Shown: piece after piece, positions 1-13,153 of the stretch
How positions within the stretch are numbered: position 1 is the stretch's first letter
Layout of the letters: every line of letters begins with the position of its first letter
DNA from: Mobula hypostoma
Taxonomy: Eukaryota
Direction: 5' to 3'
Assembly (NCBI RefSeq): GCF_963921235.1
Contig: NC_086100.1
Location: 201,564,001-201,628,000, forward strand
Length of the DNA: 64,000 bases
The notes under the pieces: model-generated
What the model saw: only the letters and a program-made list of their open reading frames with translations
The model's database searches: none
What the model was told of the DNA's origin: nothing
Program-made: the position numbers and the translations under genes

Positions 1-2330
1 TAAAATTAGTGATCTTGCAGTGAGCAATCCTCTTGGAAAGAGTGATGACAGTATGATTGAATTTCTCATACAAATGGAGGGTGCAACAGTTCGATTGAAA
101 ACCAGTGTATTATGCCTAAACAATAAGACCACAATGGGATGAAGGAGGATTTGGTTAGTGTAGACTGGGAACACAGGCTATATGGTGGGAAAGTTGAGGA
201 ACACTGGGAGACTTTCAAAGAGATTTTTCACGGTGCTCAAAAGTATATTCCAATTAGAAGCAAGGACACTCATGGCGGACAGAGCCAGCTTTGGATAACT
301 AAGCAAAGAAAGGAGGGCATCAAGCTAAAAACTCGTGCATACAAAGTCGCCAAGAGTAGTGGGAAACTGGAAGACTGGGAAAACTTTAAAAAGTAACAAA
401 GTACCATTAAGTGGGCAATAAAGAGAGAGGCTAGATTTTGAAAATTAACTAGCACATAATATAAAAAACAGATATTAAAGACTTTTATAATTATATGAAG
501 CAGAAAAGGGTAGCTAAAGTGAATGTAGGTCCCTTGGAGGATGAGAAGGGGGAATTGATATTGAGTAATGAGTAAATGGCAGAGGCTTTGTTTTGGCTTC
601 ATAGTGGAGGACATGTCTAACGTGCCAAAGAAAGATGCTATGGATGCGATTGGAGGTGAGGAGCTCAATACAATGGCTATCACTGAAGAGGTAGTGCTGA
701 GCAAACTTGTGGGCCTGAAGATAGATAAGTCACTTGGTTCTGATGGGATGTATCCCAGGGTACTGAAAGAAATGGCAGAAGTTATAGCTGAGGCATTGAT
801 GATAATTTACCAAAATTCTCTGGACGCTGAGCAGGTCCCGGCAGAATGTCACGCCACTGTTCAAAAAAATGATGTAGGCTAAAGGCAGGTTACTATAGGC
901 TAGTTAGTTTAACATCTGTAGTTTGGGAAATGCTTGAAGCTATCATAAAAGAAGAAATAGGCATCTGGAAAGAAATGGACCCATTAGGCAGATGCAGCAT
1001 GGATTCAGCAAAGGCAGATCCTGTTTGACGAACTTACAAGAGTTCTTTGAGGATATAATGAGCACTGTGGATAGAGAGGAACAGATAGACATTATTTACT
1101 TGGATTTCCAAAAGGCATTCGGTAAGGCGCCACATAAAAGAATTATCCATAAGATAAGGATGCATAGAGTTGGTGGTGATGTATTAGCATGGTTAGAGAA
1201 TTGGTTAACTAATAGAAAATAGAGGGTTGGTATATATGGGTGTTACTCTGGTTGGCAATCAGTGGTGAGCAATGTTCTACAGGGGTCGGTGCTGGGCCTA
1301 GAACTGTTCACGGTATACATTAACGATCTAGAAGAGGGGACCAGGTGTAGTATATCTAAGTTTGCTGATGATATTAAATTGACTGGGAAAGCAAATTGTG
1401 CAGAAGATACGGAGAGTCTGCAGAGAGATATAGATAGGTTAAGTAAGTGGGTAAGGGTCTGGCAGATGGAGTACAATGTTAGTAAATGCGAGGCCATCCA
1501 CTTTGGAAGGAAAAATGGAAAAGCAGATTATTATTTAAATAGTAAAAAATTACAACATGCTGCTGTGCAGAAGGACTTGGGAGTGCTTGTGCATGAATCA
1601 CAAAAGGTTGGTTTGCAGGTACAACAGGCTATCAAGAAGTCAAATGGAACGTTGGCCTTCATTGCTGGAGGGATTGTATTTAAGAGCAGGGACGTTATGC
1701 TGCAACTGTACAGGGTACTGATGAGGCCACATCTGGACTACTGCATGCAGTTCTGGTCTCCTTACTCTAGGAAGGATATACTGGCTTTGGAGGCAGTGCA
1801 GAGGAGGTTCACCAGGTTGATTCCAGAGATGAGATCTTTCCTGTGGGAAGGTGACCATAACTATACACAATACTCTAAATTAGACCTCAGCAACATCTTA
1901 TACAACTTCAACATAACATCCGATCTCCTGTACTCCGTACTTTGATTTATGAAGACTAATGTGCCAAAAGCTCTCTTTATGACCCTATAGATAAAGTAAA
2001 TGCAAGGAGGTTTTTTACCACTGACTTTACATTGGACTACAACCTGAGGTCATTAGTTAAGTGTGAAAGGTGAAAGGTTTAACAGGAACATGAAGGGAAA
2101 CTTCTTCACTGAGGGGCCTTGAGCATGTGGAACGAGCTGCCAGTACATGTGGTACACTGGAGTTCGATTTCAAAGTTTAAAAGAAGTTTGGGTAGATACA
2201 TGGATAGTAGGGATATGGAGGGCTATCATTCCAGTGCAAGTCGATGGGATTAGGCAGTTTAAATGTTTTGGCATGGACTAGATGGGCTGAAGGGCCTGCT
2301 TCTGTGCTGTACTTCTCAATGACTCTATGA
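1..2330 (+). mobile_element. Decayed CR1 LINE (ORF2 RT region to 3' end) with a short inverted CR1 piece at about 1836-1987
   Basis: ORF fragments carry CR1 RT motifs QHGF..GRSCLTNL, YLDFQKAF, QGSVLG, KFADD, LEAVQRRFTRLIP; multiple stops and frameshifts; CR1-type 3' UTR near 2270-2330. Confidence 0.9.
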
Positions 2331-2764
2331 CCCCATCTACATGTGACATTACTTTCCAGGAGTTATGGATCTGTTATGGCCAGAGTCAAGGCATGTTGAC
2401 TCCATATCAGATGCTTTCTATGATGCATCAATAAAACTTGATGAGGGTCGACAGGGATATGCCGAATTTCTTTGGCTTCCTGAGGAAGTAGAGATGTTGG
2501 TGAGCTTTCTTGGCCATGCTCTTTCTTTGAAACTTGGTGCTTTTAACTTTGTTGACCTCAGTACCAAGAACACATGAATCGCCTCGACCTATTTCCCTCC
2601 ACAGATGATGCCTGCCCCACTAAGTTCCTCCAGCACTTTGTATTATTTACTCTACATTCCAGCATCTTGTGTCTCCATTAATTGGCTGTATAAAATGACA
2701 CAGTGACTGATGTGGCCATGCCATTGATTAATCACAAGGCTTGTGTTTGTGCTTTTTATGGCAG

Positions 2765-2830
2765 TTCTTAAAAGTGGTGCCAGTTCAAGGAAGAAGAATG
2801 CTAAGACAACAACTGCAAGTCCAGGCAGAG
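2765..2830 (+). CDS. Host gene exon A (66 nt, phase 1-1), extracellular stalk VLKSGASSRKKNAKTTTASPGR
   Basis: Acceptor tttgtgctttttatggcag, donor AG|gtaagg, length multiple of 3, open frame, non-repeat sequence; joins exon B in frame. Confidence 0.75.
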
Positions 2831-2967
2831 GTAAGGAGACAAGTGTGGTAAAATTGGCATGTCAGTCACCCTCTATAGCACATGGCCATTGGGAACAGCA
2901 GTTTAAAGGGCAGAGAGGAGGAGTAATTTCCTGAAGTACACTCAAGAAAGCATGTTGATCACTATGT

Positions 2968-3101
2968 AAACACGAGGAATTCTGCAGATGCTGGAAACCC
3001 AAGCAACACACACCAAAGTTGCTGGTGAACGCAGCAGGCCAGGCAGCACCTCCAGGAAGAGGCACAGTCGACGCTTGAGGCCGAGACCCTTCGTGTGTTG
3101 C
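2968..3101 (-). mobile_element. Mini Penelope-like insertion (3' end only, with short inverted tail)
   Basis: 13-bp TSD ttgatcactatgt (2955-2967, 3102-3114); matches the terminus of the Penelope element at 8451; caagcaacacac is inverted as gtgtgttgcttg. Confidence 0.85.
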
Positions 3102-4060
3102 TTGATCACTATGTTCTGTGTTTCCTTTGCAGTCTGGAGTTGATTCAGAGGAAGGTAATTGATCAAGTGTAGTAGGTAGCAGTGGGAGCAGAATTGGATA
3201 ACATTAATCCATATAACAATAGTTATGAAAAAGGACAAAAGTCAAAGATCAAGAAACAATCAGAAAGCAGAAATGAGTTAAAACAATGAACAAGTGATAG
3301 GAGTTCGGAGGATAGTACCGATACTGGTGATGCACATAGCAAAGTTAGAAACAACAAAGGACAATGCAGCTTTAGAAGTTCGATTAACCTTTCTTCTTCA
3401 TCGATTAGGACGAAACAGGAAAATAAACTTCAGCTTTTGAAGCGAGAATCAAGCGAAGGGAAATTTTAAAAAATGAAGTGCAACAAGACTTTGAGAAAAG
3501 GAATACCAACTTCTATACATGAAACATAAAACAGTACAGCACAGTACAGGCCCATCAGTCTGCAATGTTGTGCCAACTCTTTAACCTACTCTTTTACCTA
3601 CTCAAGTTAATCTTTCCCTCCCACATAGCCCTCCATTTTTTCTTTCATCCCTGTGCCTATCTAAGGGTAATAAGAGAATAAAAGGGGAAAGAGTAGAGCT
3701 CTTAATGGACCAAAAGATCATCTTAATAAAGGTACAAGGCATGGTTGAGATAATAACGAGAATTTTTCACCTTTTGACACTGGACAAGAAAATGCTGCCA
3801 ATATTATGATTTTAAAATGACCCATAAAATAGGTAGAGAAAAGACGATAAGATGGCAGCACTCAAATTAGAATTGTTTCCAGGCCTGATTACGGACAGAA
3901 GTAGGTGGATGGGAAAGCTTGAGAGGGATATGAGCCAAATACATGCAAACAGGTCTAGCTCAGGTAGGCAACTAGGTTAGCACTGATGAGTTAAAGTTCG
4001 GCTGAAAAGCCAGTATACATGCTGGATGTCTCTGACTCTTAAGTATCCTTTAAATATGGG

Positions 4061-4520
4061 ATAGATAGATAAATAGATAGACGTACTTTATTGATCCCGA
4101 GGGAAATTAGGTTTCGTTACAGTTGCACCAACCAAGAACAGAGTACAAACATAGCAATACAAAACCACAAACAATCAAATATTAATATGTAAACCATGCC
4201 AGATGGAAATAAGTCCAGGACCAGCCCATTGGCCCAGGGTGTCCGACCCTCCAAGGGAGGAGCTGCAAGGTTTGATGGCCACAGGCAGGAATGACTTCCT
4301 ATGACGCTCAGTGCTGCATCCCGGTGGAATGAGTCTCTGGCTGAATGTACTCCTGTGCCCAACAGTGTAAATGATGTTACACGCCGATGTTGGGTTGGCA
4401 GAGGGAGGGATGTACACAACAACCACAATTGCATGTGAGATCTCCCTTGGCAGATAATATGGCTGGAGTCCAACAGCAAAAAGTTCAATATCCAGGATCT
4501 GTACTGCAGAGATCAATTTA
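4061..4520 (-). mobile_element. Internally deleted Rex1/Babar-type LINE
   Basis: Endonuclease-region peptide PYYLPREI...VYIPPSA joined directly to C-terminal peptide ERHRKSFLPVAIK; (TATC)n tail; same 3' end recurs at 40742-41097. Confidence 0.7.
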
Positions 4521-4639
4521 TTAAATACAGGCTATATTTTTACCAAGGTAACGGCAGGAAATTACTAGAGTCCTTAATCTGGGACAAAATGAATTCCCAG
4601 TTAGAAAAACACACTGTGGCAAGCATTTGGTCCATAATG

Positions 4640-5025
4640 ACATAAGATCATAAGAATACAAGAAATAGGAGCAGGAGTAGGCCATCTGGCCCGTCAAGCC
4701 TGCTCCACCATTCAATAAGATCATGGCTGATCTGGTCATGAACTCATCTCCACCTACCTGCCTTTTCCCCATAACCCTTAATTCCCCTACTATGCAAAAA
4801 TCTATCCAACCTTGTCTTAAATATATTTACTGAGGTAGCCTCCACTGCTTCATTGGGCAGAGAATTTCACAGATTCACCACTCTCTGGGAAAAACAGTTC
4901 CTCCTCATCTCCATCTTAAATCTACTCCCCCAAATCTTGAGGCTATGTCCCCTAGTTCTAGTCCCAACTACCAGTAGAAACAACTTTCCTGCCTCTATCT
5001 TATCTTCCTTTTCATAATTTTATAT
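4640..5025 (-). mobile_element. CR1 3' fragment
   Basis: Reverse complement of CR1 ORF2 end and 3' UTR with TTCTTATG-like tail; similar to 24480-24860. Confidence 0.85.
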
Positions 5026-6619
5026 GTAATAAACACAAAACAGACCGGGCACCATGACCCGGAGAGTGAACCCAGTCAGTCTCACACAGACGGGGCAGGT
5101 GACCATCACACACCCTGGTTACAGTTAGGATGGCTCACAAATACACAAGTGAGTAATTGTATAACCCAAGCTAAAACGCAACAATAAATGAACTGGAACT
5201 TACTACCATAATTCCACAAAAGCATTTTAACACAAGAACAATAACCAATGCAGGTCATAAGAAATGCAAGGGTGGGCTGTTGACCGTAACCCCCCTCCCC
5301 CAGCAGCTCACATCTGAAAGTTTTCCCCTCCCCCGTCTTCCTTTCCTATCAGATTCTACTATTTTCAGCCTTTGTCACTTCCACTGATCACCTACCAGAT
5401 TCCGGCATTATCTCTACTCTACTTGCCATCTGCCTATCATACTACCTCACCTGGAATGACCTGCAGGCTCTTGCTCCACCCTCATCTCTTTATACTGGCT
5501 TACCTCCCCGCCATCTTGATGCAAAACATTGAATAATGAAGACCAAACTTATTTAAGGCTTCACTGGGGAGCAGTTTTTCAGTCTCTATCTGTAGTGAGG
5601 GGTGTTATAATTCCACTCACTTTTGTTGTGTGTGGAATAGTTCAATCTACTGTATGTAAAGACAACAATGTGCTGGATAATCTGCTTGTTAAAGTGTATG
5701 GCAAGGTTGGTGCATACACTGTACCTGTAAAATAGTCGGATTAGTTCTCACTCTGCAGTGTGTGGCAGACTGCAGTCTGAACCCACACAGCAGCATGTGG
5801 GATGGAGAGGTGCTTAAACAACATTCCGTGCCTCATCTGTGAATCTGTAACCATGTGGGACTGTCTGACCTAGTGTATGTGTGCACTGAAGTGTGTGGGT
5901 CAGGCTGAACAGCACAAATATTACAATTGGTGAAATTAATAGGTCCACACTGCACTGAGTGCAATAGTCTGATCCCTGCTCATAATGTGATCTGTGGTGT
6001 CATTGATATGTTGGGATAGTTGATCTGTGTTTGATATGTATCACACTGAAAGAGGTAACACAAGTAGATAGGGTGGTAAAGTGGGTGTATAACATGCTTG
6101 TCTTCACTGGCTGGAGCAGTAAGGAAGTCATGTTGTAGCTATATAAAACTGGTTAGCTGCATTTAGAACATCGTGTGCATGTCTAGTCACCCCATTACAG
6201 GAAGAATGTGGACACTTTGGAAAGGATACAGAAAGTTGCTGCCTGGATTACAGAAAATGTGTTGTAAAAAGAGCTTGGATAAACTTTAGTTGTTTCCATT
6301 GGAGCATCATAGAATAAAAGGAAACATGATAGAGGTTTAGGAAATTGTCCCAGGCATAGACAGACAGAATCTTTTCCTAGAGTGGAAATGTCAAATACTA
6401 GCGGGCATGTATTTAAGGTGAGAGGATGAGAGTTTGAAAGAGATGTTCTATTTAAGGAGTGTCGGAATTGGAAACAGGCTACCAGGGATAGTGATGAGAG
6501 CAATTAACATTCATTTAGACAGACACATGAATACCTACCAGGAACAAGTTGCAGTGGTCCTGTCTCTGGCACTGAGGTTGGACCCTCAACTCAGAAGGGG
6601 AGGAGGGAAGAGAGGACAG

Positions 6620-7124
6620 CGGTAGTGATAGGGGATTCTATAGTCGGGGGGCAGATAGGAGATTTTGTGGGGGACATTGGAAGTCTCGGATGGTATGTTG
6701 CCTCCCTGGTGCCGGGGTCCGGGACATCTCAGATCGGGTGCAGGTTATTCTCGAGAGGGAGGGCAAGAATCCAGATGTTGTGGTCCATGTAGGGACCAAT
6801 GACGTGGGTAGGAAGAGTGAGGGGGTCCTGCGTAGTGAGTTCAGGGAGTTAGGTGTGAAGCTGAAGGGCAGGACCTCCAGGGTAACAATCTCAGGATTGC
6901 TACCTGTGCCACGTGCGAGTGAGGCGAGGAACAGAAGGATTATACAGATCAATACGTGGCTGAGAGGATGGTGCAGGAGGGAGGGCTTCAGGTTTTTAGA
7001 TAATTGGGCTTTGTTCCAGGGAAGGTGGGATCTGTTCCAACGGGACGTTTTACACCTGAACTGGAGGGGTACTAACATTCTTGCAGGAAAGTTTGCTAGT
7101 GCTGCTTGGGGGGGGTTAAATTAA
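6620..7124 (+). CDS. CR1 ORF1 SGNH/GDSL esterase-like domain (5' part frameshifted)
   Basis: VIGDSIV, CCLPGA, VVVHVGTND and DVLHLN blocks typical of CR1 ORF1 esterase; ends GLN-stop. Confidence 0.85.
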
Positions 7125-8450
7125 ATTTGCAGGGGGCAGGGATCCAGAATGTGAGAGAGGATAGCGAGATGAAGTATAAAGGACAGGTGGGGATTACACG
7201 GTTCCGGAATATTAAGTGTGAAGTAGAGAAAGGTGAGGCGGAACGAGTGATAAGGAGGATACATGTGCGGAGGGATGGTCTGACGGAGCATGGAGTTAAA
7301 TGTGCAGAAAGAGTAAGTAAATTTAAGAAGGACAACAAAATTCAAGGGGCGTATAGCCCGGTGAGAGTTCGGGGAGCTGGGTTATGCACAACATGCAGCG
7401 ATTTAAACAGAGAGAGGAGAAATGGGTTAAAAATTCTATATCTGAATGCACGAAGTGTCAGAAATAAGGCAGATGAGCTTGAAGCTCAGGTGCGAATGGG
7501 TAACTATGATGTTATTGGGATAATGGAGACATGGCTGCAGGGGGATCAGACCTGGGAATTGAATGTACAAGGGTATACGTGCTATCGAAGGGACAGAAAG
7601 GTGGGCAGAGGGGGTGGGGTGGCCCTGTTGGTGAGGAATGAGATTCAGTCCCTTGCAAGGGGGGACATAGAATCAGGAGAAGTAGAGTCAGTGTGGATAG
7701 AACTGAGGAACAGTAAGGGCAAAAAGACCCTAATAGGTGTTATCTACAGGCCCCCAAACAGTAGCATGGATATTGGGTGCAAGTTGAATAGGGAGTTAAC
7801 AATGACATGTGGCAAAGGAAATGTCGCAGTAGTTATGGGGGATTTCAACATGCAGGTGAACTGGGAAAATCAGATTGGTACTGGACCCCAGGATAGGCAG
7901 TTTGTAGAGTGCCTACGGGATGCATTTTTGGAGCAGCTTGTACAAGAGCCGACCAGGGATAAGGCTATTCTGGATTTAGTGTTGAGCAATGAACAGGATT
8001 TGATAAGCGATCTTGAAGTAAAGGAGCCATTAGGAGGTAGTGACCATAATATGATAAGTTTTTATCTGCAAGTTGAGAGGGATAAGGGCAGATCAGAAGT
8101 GTCAGTATTGCAGGTGAACAAAGGGGACTATGGAGCCATGAGGGAGGAGCTGGCCAAAGTTGACTGGTCGGATATCCTAGCAGAAAAGACAGTGGAACAG
8201 CAATGGCAGGTATTCTTGGGAATAATGCACAAGGTGCAAAATCAGTTCATCCCCCGGAGAAGGAAGGATTCAAAGGGGGAAAAGTGGCCACAGTGGTTGA
8301 CAAAGGAAGTCAGAGATAGCATAGCATTAAAAAAGAAGTATTACAGAGCTGAGGTGAGTGGGAAGACGGATGATTGGGAAATTTTTAAGGAGCAACAGAA
8401 CTTAACTAAAAAGGCAATACGGGGAGAAAAAATGAGGTATGAATGCAAGC
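7106..8450 (+). CDS. CR1 ORF2 N-terminal half, apurinic endonuclease domain
   Basis: LYLNARS, ETWL, GGGVAL, IYRPP, MGDFN, LDLVL, SDH motifs in an uninterrupted frame up to the Penelope insertion. Confidence 0.92.
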
Positions 8451-10977
8451 AACACACATAAAAGTTGCTGGTGAACGCAGCAGGCCAGGCAACATCTCTA
8501 GGAAGAGGTGCAGTCGACGTTTCAGGCTGAGACCCTTCATCAGGACTAACTGAAGGAAGAGTGAGTAAGAGATTTGAAAGTTGGAGGGGGAGATCCAAAA
8601 TGATAGGAGAAGACAGGGGGGGGAGGGATGGAGCCAAGAGCTGGACAGGTGATAGGCAAAAGGGGATATGAGAGGATCATGGGACAGGAGGTCTGGGAAG
8701 AAAGACAAGGGGGGGGGACCCAGAGGATGGGCAAGGGGTATATTCAGAGGGACAGAGGGAGAAAAAGGAGAGTGAGAGAAAGAATGTGTGTATAAAAATA
8801 AGTAACAGATGGGGTACGAGGGGGAAGTGGGGCATTAGCGGAAGTTAGAGAAGTCGATGTTCATGCCATCAGGTTGGAGGCTACCCAGACGGGATATAAG
8901 GTGTTGTTCCCCAACCTGAGTGTGGTTTCATCTTTACAGTAGAGGAGGCCGTGGATAGACATGTCAGAATGGGAATGGGATGTGGAATTAAAATGTGTGG
9001 CCACTGGGAGATCCTGCTTTCTCTGGCGGACAGAGCGTAGATGTTCAGCAAAGCGGTCTCCCAGTCTGCGTCGGGTCTCGCCAATATATAAAAGGCCACA
9101 TCGGGAGCACCGGACGCAGTATATCACCCCAGCCGACTCACAGGTGAAGTGTTGCCTCACCTGGAAAGACTGTTTGGGGCCCTGAATGGTGGTAAGGGAG
9201 GAAGTGTAAGGGCATGTGTAGCACTTGTTCCGCTTACATGGATAAGTGCCAGGAGGGAGATCAGTGGGGAGGGATGGGGGGGACGAATGGACAAGGGAGT
9301 TGCGTAGGGAGCGATCCCTGCGGAATGCAGAGAGAGGGGGGAGGGAAAGATGTGCTTAGTGGTGGGATCCCGTTGGGGGTGGCGGAAGTTACGGAGAATA
9401 ATATGTTGGACCCGGAGGCTGGTGGGGTGGTAGGTGAGGACCAGGGGAACCCTATTCCTAGTGGGGTGGCGGGAGGATGAAGTGAGAGCAGATGTACGTG
9501 AAATGGGGGAGATGCGTTTAAGAGCAGAGTTGATAGTGGAGGAAGGGAAGCCCCTTTCTTTAAAAAAGGAAGACATCTCCCTCGTCCTAGAATGAAAAGC
9601 CTCATCCTGAGAGCAGATGCGGCGGAGACGGAGGAATTGCGAGAAGGGGATGGCGTTTTTGCAAGAGACAGGGTGAGAAGAGGAATAGTCCAGATAGCTG
9701 TGAGAGTCAGTAGGCTTATAGTAGACATCAGTGGATAAGCTGTCCAGAGACAGAGACAGAAAGATCTAGAAAGGGGAGGGAGGTGTCGGAAATGGACCAG
9801 GTAAACTTGAGGGCAGGGTGAAAGTTGGAGGTAAAGTTAATAAAGTCAACGAGCTCTGCATGCGTGCAGGAAGCAGCGCCAATGCAGTCGTCGATGTAGC
9901 GAAGGAAAAGTGGGAGACAGATACCAGAATAAGCACGGAACATAGATTGTTCCCCAAAGCCAACAAAAAGGCAGGCATAGCTAGGACCCATACGGGTGCC
10001 CATAGCTACACCTTTAGTTTGGAGGAAGTGGGAGGAGCCAAAGGAGAAATTATTAAGAGTAAGGACTAATTCCGCTAGACGGAGCAGAGTGGTGGTAGAG
10101 GGGAACTGATTAGGTCTGGAATCCAAAAAGAAGCGTAGAGCTTTGAGACCTTCCTGATGGGGGATGGAAGTATATAGGGACTGGACATCCATGGTGAAAA
10201 TAAAGCGGTGGGGGCCAGGGAACTTAAAATCATCGAAAAGTTTAAGAGCTTGAGAAGTGTCACGAACATAGGTCGGAAGGGATTGAACAAGGGGGGATAA
10301 AACCGTGTCGAGGTATGCAGAAATGAGTTCGGTGGGGCAGGAGCAATCTGAGACAATAGGTCTGCCAGGACAGGCAGGTTTGTGGATCTTGGGTAGGAGG
10401 TAGAAATGGGAAGTGCAAGGTGTGGGAACTATAAGGTTGGTAGCAGTGGATGGGAGATCCCCTGAGCGGATAAAGGCGGTGATGGTGTAGGAGACAATGG
10501 CCTGGTGCTCCTTAGTGGGGTCACGATCGAGGGGTAATTAAGAGGAGGTATCCGCGAGTTGTCGCTGTGCCTCGGCAAGGTAGAGGTCAGTACGCCAGAC
10601 TACAACAGCACCCCCCTTATCGGCGGGTTTAATAATAAGGTTAGGAGTAGTGTGGAGGGAGTGGAGAGCAAAGCATTCTGAAGGAGTGAGGTTGGAATGG
10701 GGACAAGGTGCGGTGAAGTCTAGACGGTTGATGTCCCGTCAGCAGTTAGCGATAAAGAGATCCAGAGCAGGCAGAAGACCAGAGCGGGGTGTCCATGAAG
10801 AAGAGGAGGGTTGAAGACGGGACAAGGGGTCATCGGTGGGGGTGGAAGAGTCCTTGCCAAAGAAGTAGGCTCGGAGACGGAGACGGCGGAAGAAAAGTTC
10901 CGCATCGTGGCGAACACGGAACTCGCTGAGGTGTGGGCGAAGGGGGACAGAGGTGAGGCCCTTACTGAGGACAGAGC
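8451..10977 (-). mobile_element. Penelope-like element (RT plus GIY-YIG endonuclease), 5'-truncated and frameshifted
   Basis: DVQSLYTSIP, GVAMGTRMGPSYA, RYIDD RT motifs; VIYCVRCSRCGLLYIGETRRRLGDRFAEH GIY-YIG motif; gcaagc at both junctions (8445-8450, 10978-10983). Confidence 0.95.
8511..8547 (-). ncRNA. Minimal type I hammerhead ribozyme in Penelope 3' region
   Basis: Minus strand reads agtc-CTGATGA-agggtctcagcct-GAAA-cGTC-gactg: intact core, stem I agtc/gact, palindromic ACGT stem III. Confidence 0.8.
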
Positions 10978-13072
10978 GCAAGCTAGCTAGGAATATAAAG
11001 GAGGATAGCAAAAGTTTTTTTAGGTTATGTGAAGAGAAGGAAGATAGTTAAGAACAATGTTGGGCCCTTGAAGAATGAATTGGGAGAAATTGTTATGGGA
11101 AACAGAGAAATGGCAGACGAATTTAATAAGTACTTTGGATCTGTCTTCACTAGGGAAGACACAAGCAATCTCCCAGATGTATGGATGGGCCAAGGACATA
11201 GGGTAACAGAGGAACTGAGACAGATTGGCATTAGGAAGGAAACGGTGATGAGTAGACTGATGGGACTGAAGGCTAACAAATCCCCAGGTCCAGATGGTCT
11301 GCATCCTAGGGTACTAAAGGAGGTGGCTCTGGAAATTGCGGATGCATTGGTGATCATTTTCCAATGTTCCTTAGATTCAGGATCAGTTCCTAGGATTGGC
11401 GAATGGCTAATGTTATCCCACTTTTTAAGAAAGGAGGGAGGGAGAAAACAGAGAACTATCGCCCTGTTAACCTAACATCAGTAGTGGGGAAGATGCTAGA
11501 GTCCATTATTAAAGATGAAATAGCGGCATATCTTGATAGCAGTGATAGGATTGGGCCGAGCCAGCATGGATTTACCAAGGGCAAATCATGCTTGACTAAT
11601 CTATTGGAGTTTTTTGAGGATGTAACCAGGAAGATAGACACGGGAGATCCAGTGGATGTGGTGTACCTTGACTTTCAGAAGGCCTTTGATAAGGTACCAC
11701 ATAGGAGATTGGTGGGTAAAATCAGAGCTCATGGCATTCGGGGGAGGATATTGACATGGATAGAAAACTGGTTGGCAGATAGAAAGCAAAGGGTAGCAGT
11801 GAATGAGTGTTTCTCGGAATGGCAGGTGGTGATTGGACCACAGCTGTTTACAATTTACGTCAATGATTTAGAGGAAGGCATTGTGAATAACAGCAAGTTT
11901 GCTGATGATACTAAGCTGGGTGGCAGTGTGACATGTGATGAGGATGTTAGGAGAATTCAAGGTGACTTGGATTTGCTGGATGAGTGGGCAGAAACTTGGC
12001 AGATGGCGTTTAATGTGAATAAGTGTGAGGTTATTCACTTTGGGAGCAAGAACAGGAAGGCAGATTATTATCTGAACGGTGTGAAGTTAGGTAAGGGAGA
12101 AATACAAAGAGATCTAGGAGTACTTGTTCATCAGTCTCTGAAGGTGAATGAGCAAGTGCAGCAGGCAGTGAAGAAGGCTAATGGAATGTTGGCCTTTATT
12201 ACAAAGGGAATTGAGTACAAAAGCAAGGAAATACTTTTGCATTTGTACAGGGCCCTGGTGAGACCACACCTGGAGTATTGTGTGCAGTTTTGATCTCCAG
12301 GGTTAAGGAAGGACATCCTGGCTGTGGAGGAGGTGCAGCGTAGGTTCACTGGGTTAATTCCTGGGATGTCCGGACTGTCTTACACAGAGAGGTTAGAGAG
12401 ACTGGGCTTGGACCGCTGGAATTAAGGAAATTGAGGGGGGATCTAATTGAGACATGTAAGATTATTAAGGGATTGGACAAGATAGAGGCAGGAAATATGA
12501 TCCAGATGCTGGGAGAGTCCAGTACTAGAGGGCATGGTTTAAGAATAAGGGGTAGATCATTTAGGACAGAGTTGAGGAGGAACTTCTTCTCCCAGAGAGT
12601 TGTGGAGGTGTGGAACGCGCTGCCTCAGAAGGCAGTGGAGGCCAATTCTCTGGATGCTTTCAAGAAGGAGCTAGATAGGTATCTTATGGATAGGGGAATC
12701 AAGGGTTATGGGGACAAGGCAGGAACCGGGTATTTATAGTAGATGATCAGCCATGATCTCAGAATGGCGGTGCAGGCTCGAAGGGCCGAAAGGTCTACTT
12801 CTGCACCTATTGTCTATTGTCTATAATATACTTGGAATGGAGGGATATGGATCGTGCAGGCAGAAGGGATTTGGATAAATTCAGCATTGTGTTTGGAACA
12901 GATACCGGGGATAATCTGATTTGTGGTCACTGCACAGTGTGTAAAATGGGTTGTTTGCTACCAGTAGCCTCGTTCACCTGATGCTAGTAATTCAGACAAG
13001 GATTGTCTGCTCTGATCTGAGCCACCAGCTACCGGAGTGTTTTGCTTACAATGGTTTCTATTCTTTTTACAG

Positions 13073-13153
13073 CAGGCCCTTTTAGAACGCGTCTAGTAAT
13101 TAAAGATGGTGTAATACCTAGCCGTCGAACTCCAGCATCTGGCCCATTACAAG
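13073..13153 (+). CDS. Host gene exon B (81 nt, phase 1-1; NAGNAG alternative start 13076): AGPFRTRLVIKDGVIPSRRTPASGPLQ
   Basis: Acceptor tttctattctttttacag, donor AAG|gtacga, open frame, unique sequence. Confidence 0.75.

Larger units (their letters stand above)
6560..12826 (+). mobile_element. Near full-length CR1 LINE (ORF1 esterase plus ORF2 APE/RT), split by a Penelope insertion
   Basis: ORF1 SGNH motifs; ORF2 endonuclease 7106-8461 and RT 11029-12739; 3' tail tattgtctattgtctat; CR1 sequence resumes at gcaagc on both sides of the insert. Confidence 0.95.

Noticed and set aside
5025..5300. TGTAA...TTACA segment and a purine tract suggesting an LTR remnant
   Set aside because: No TSD or internal LTR signals could be established
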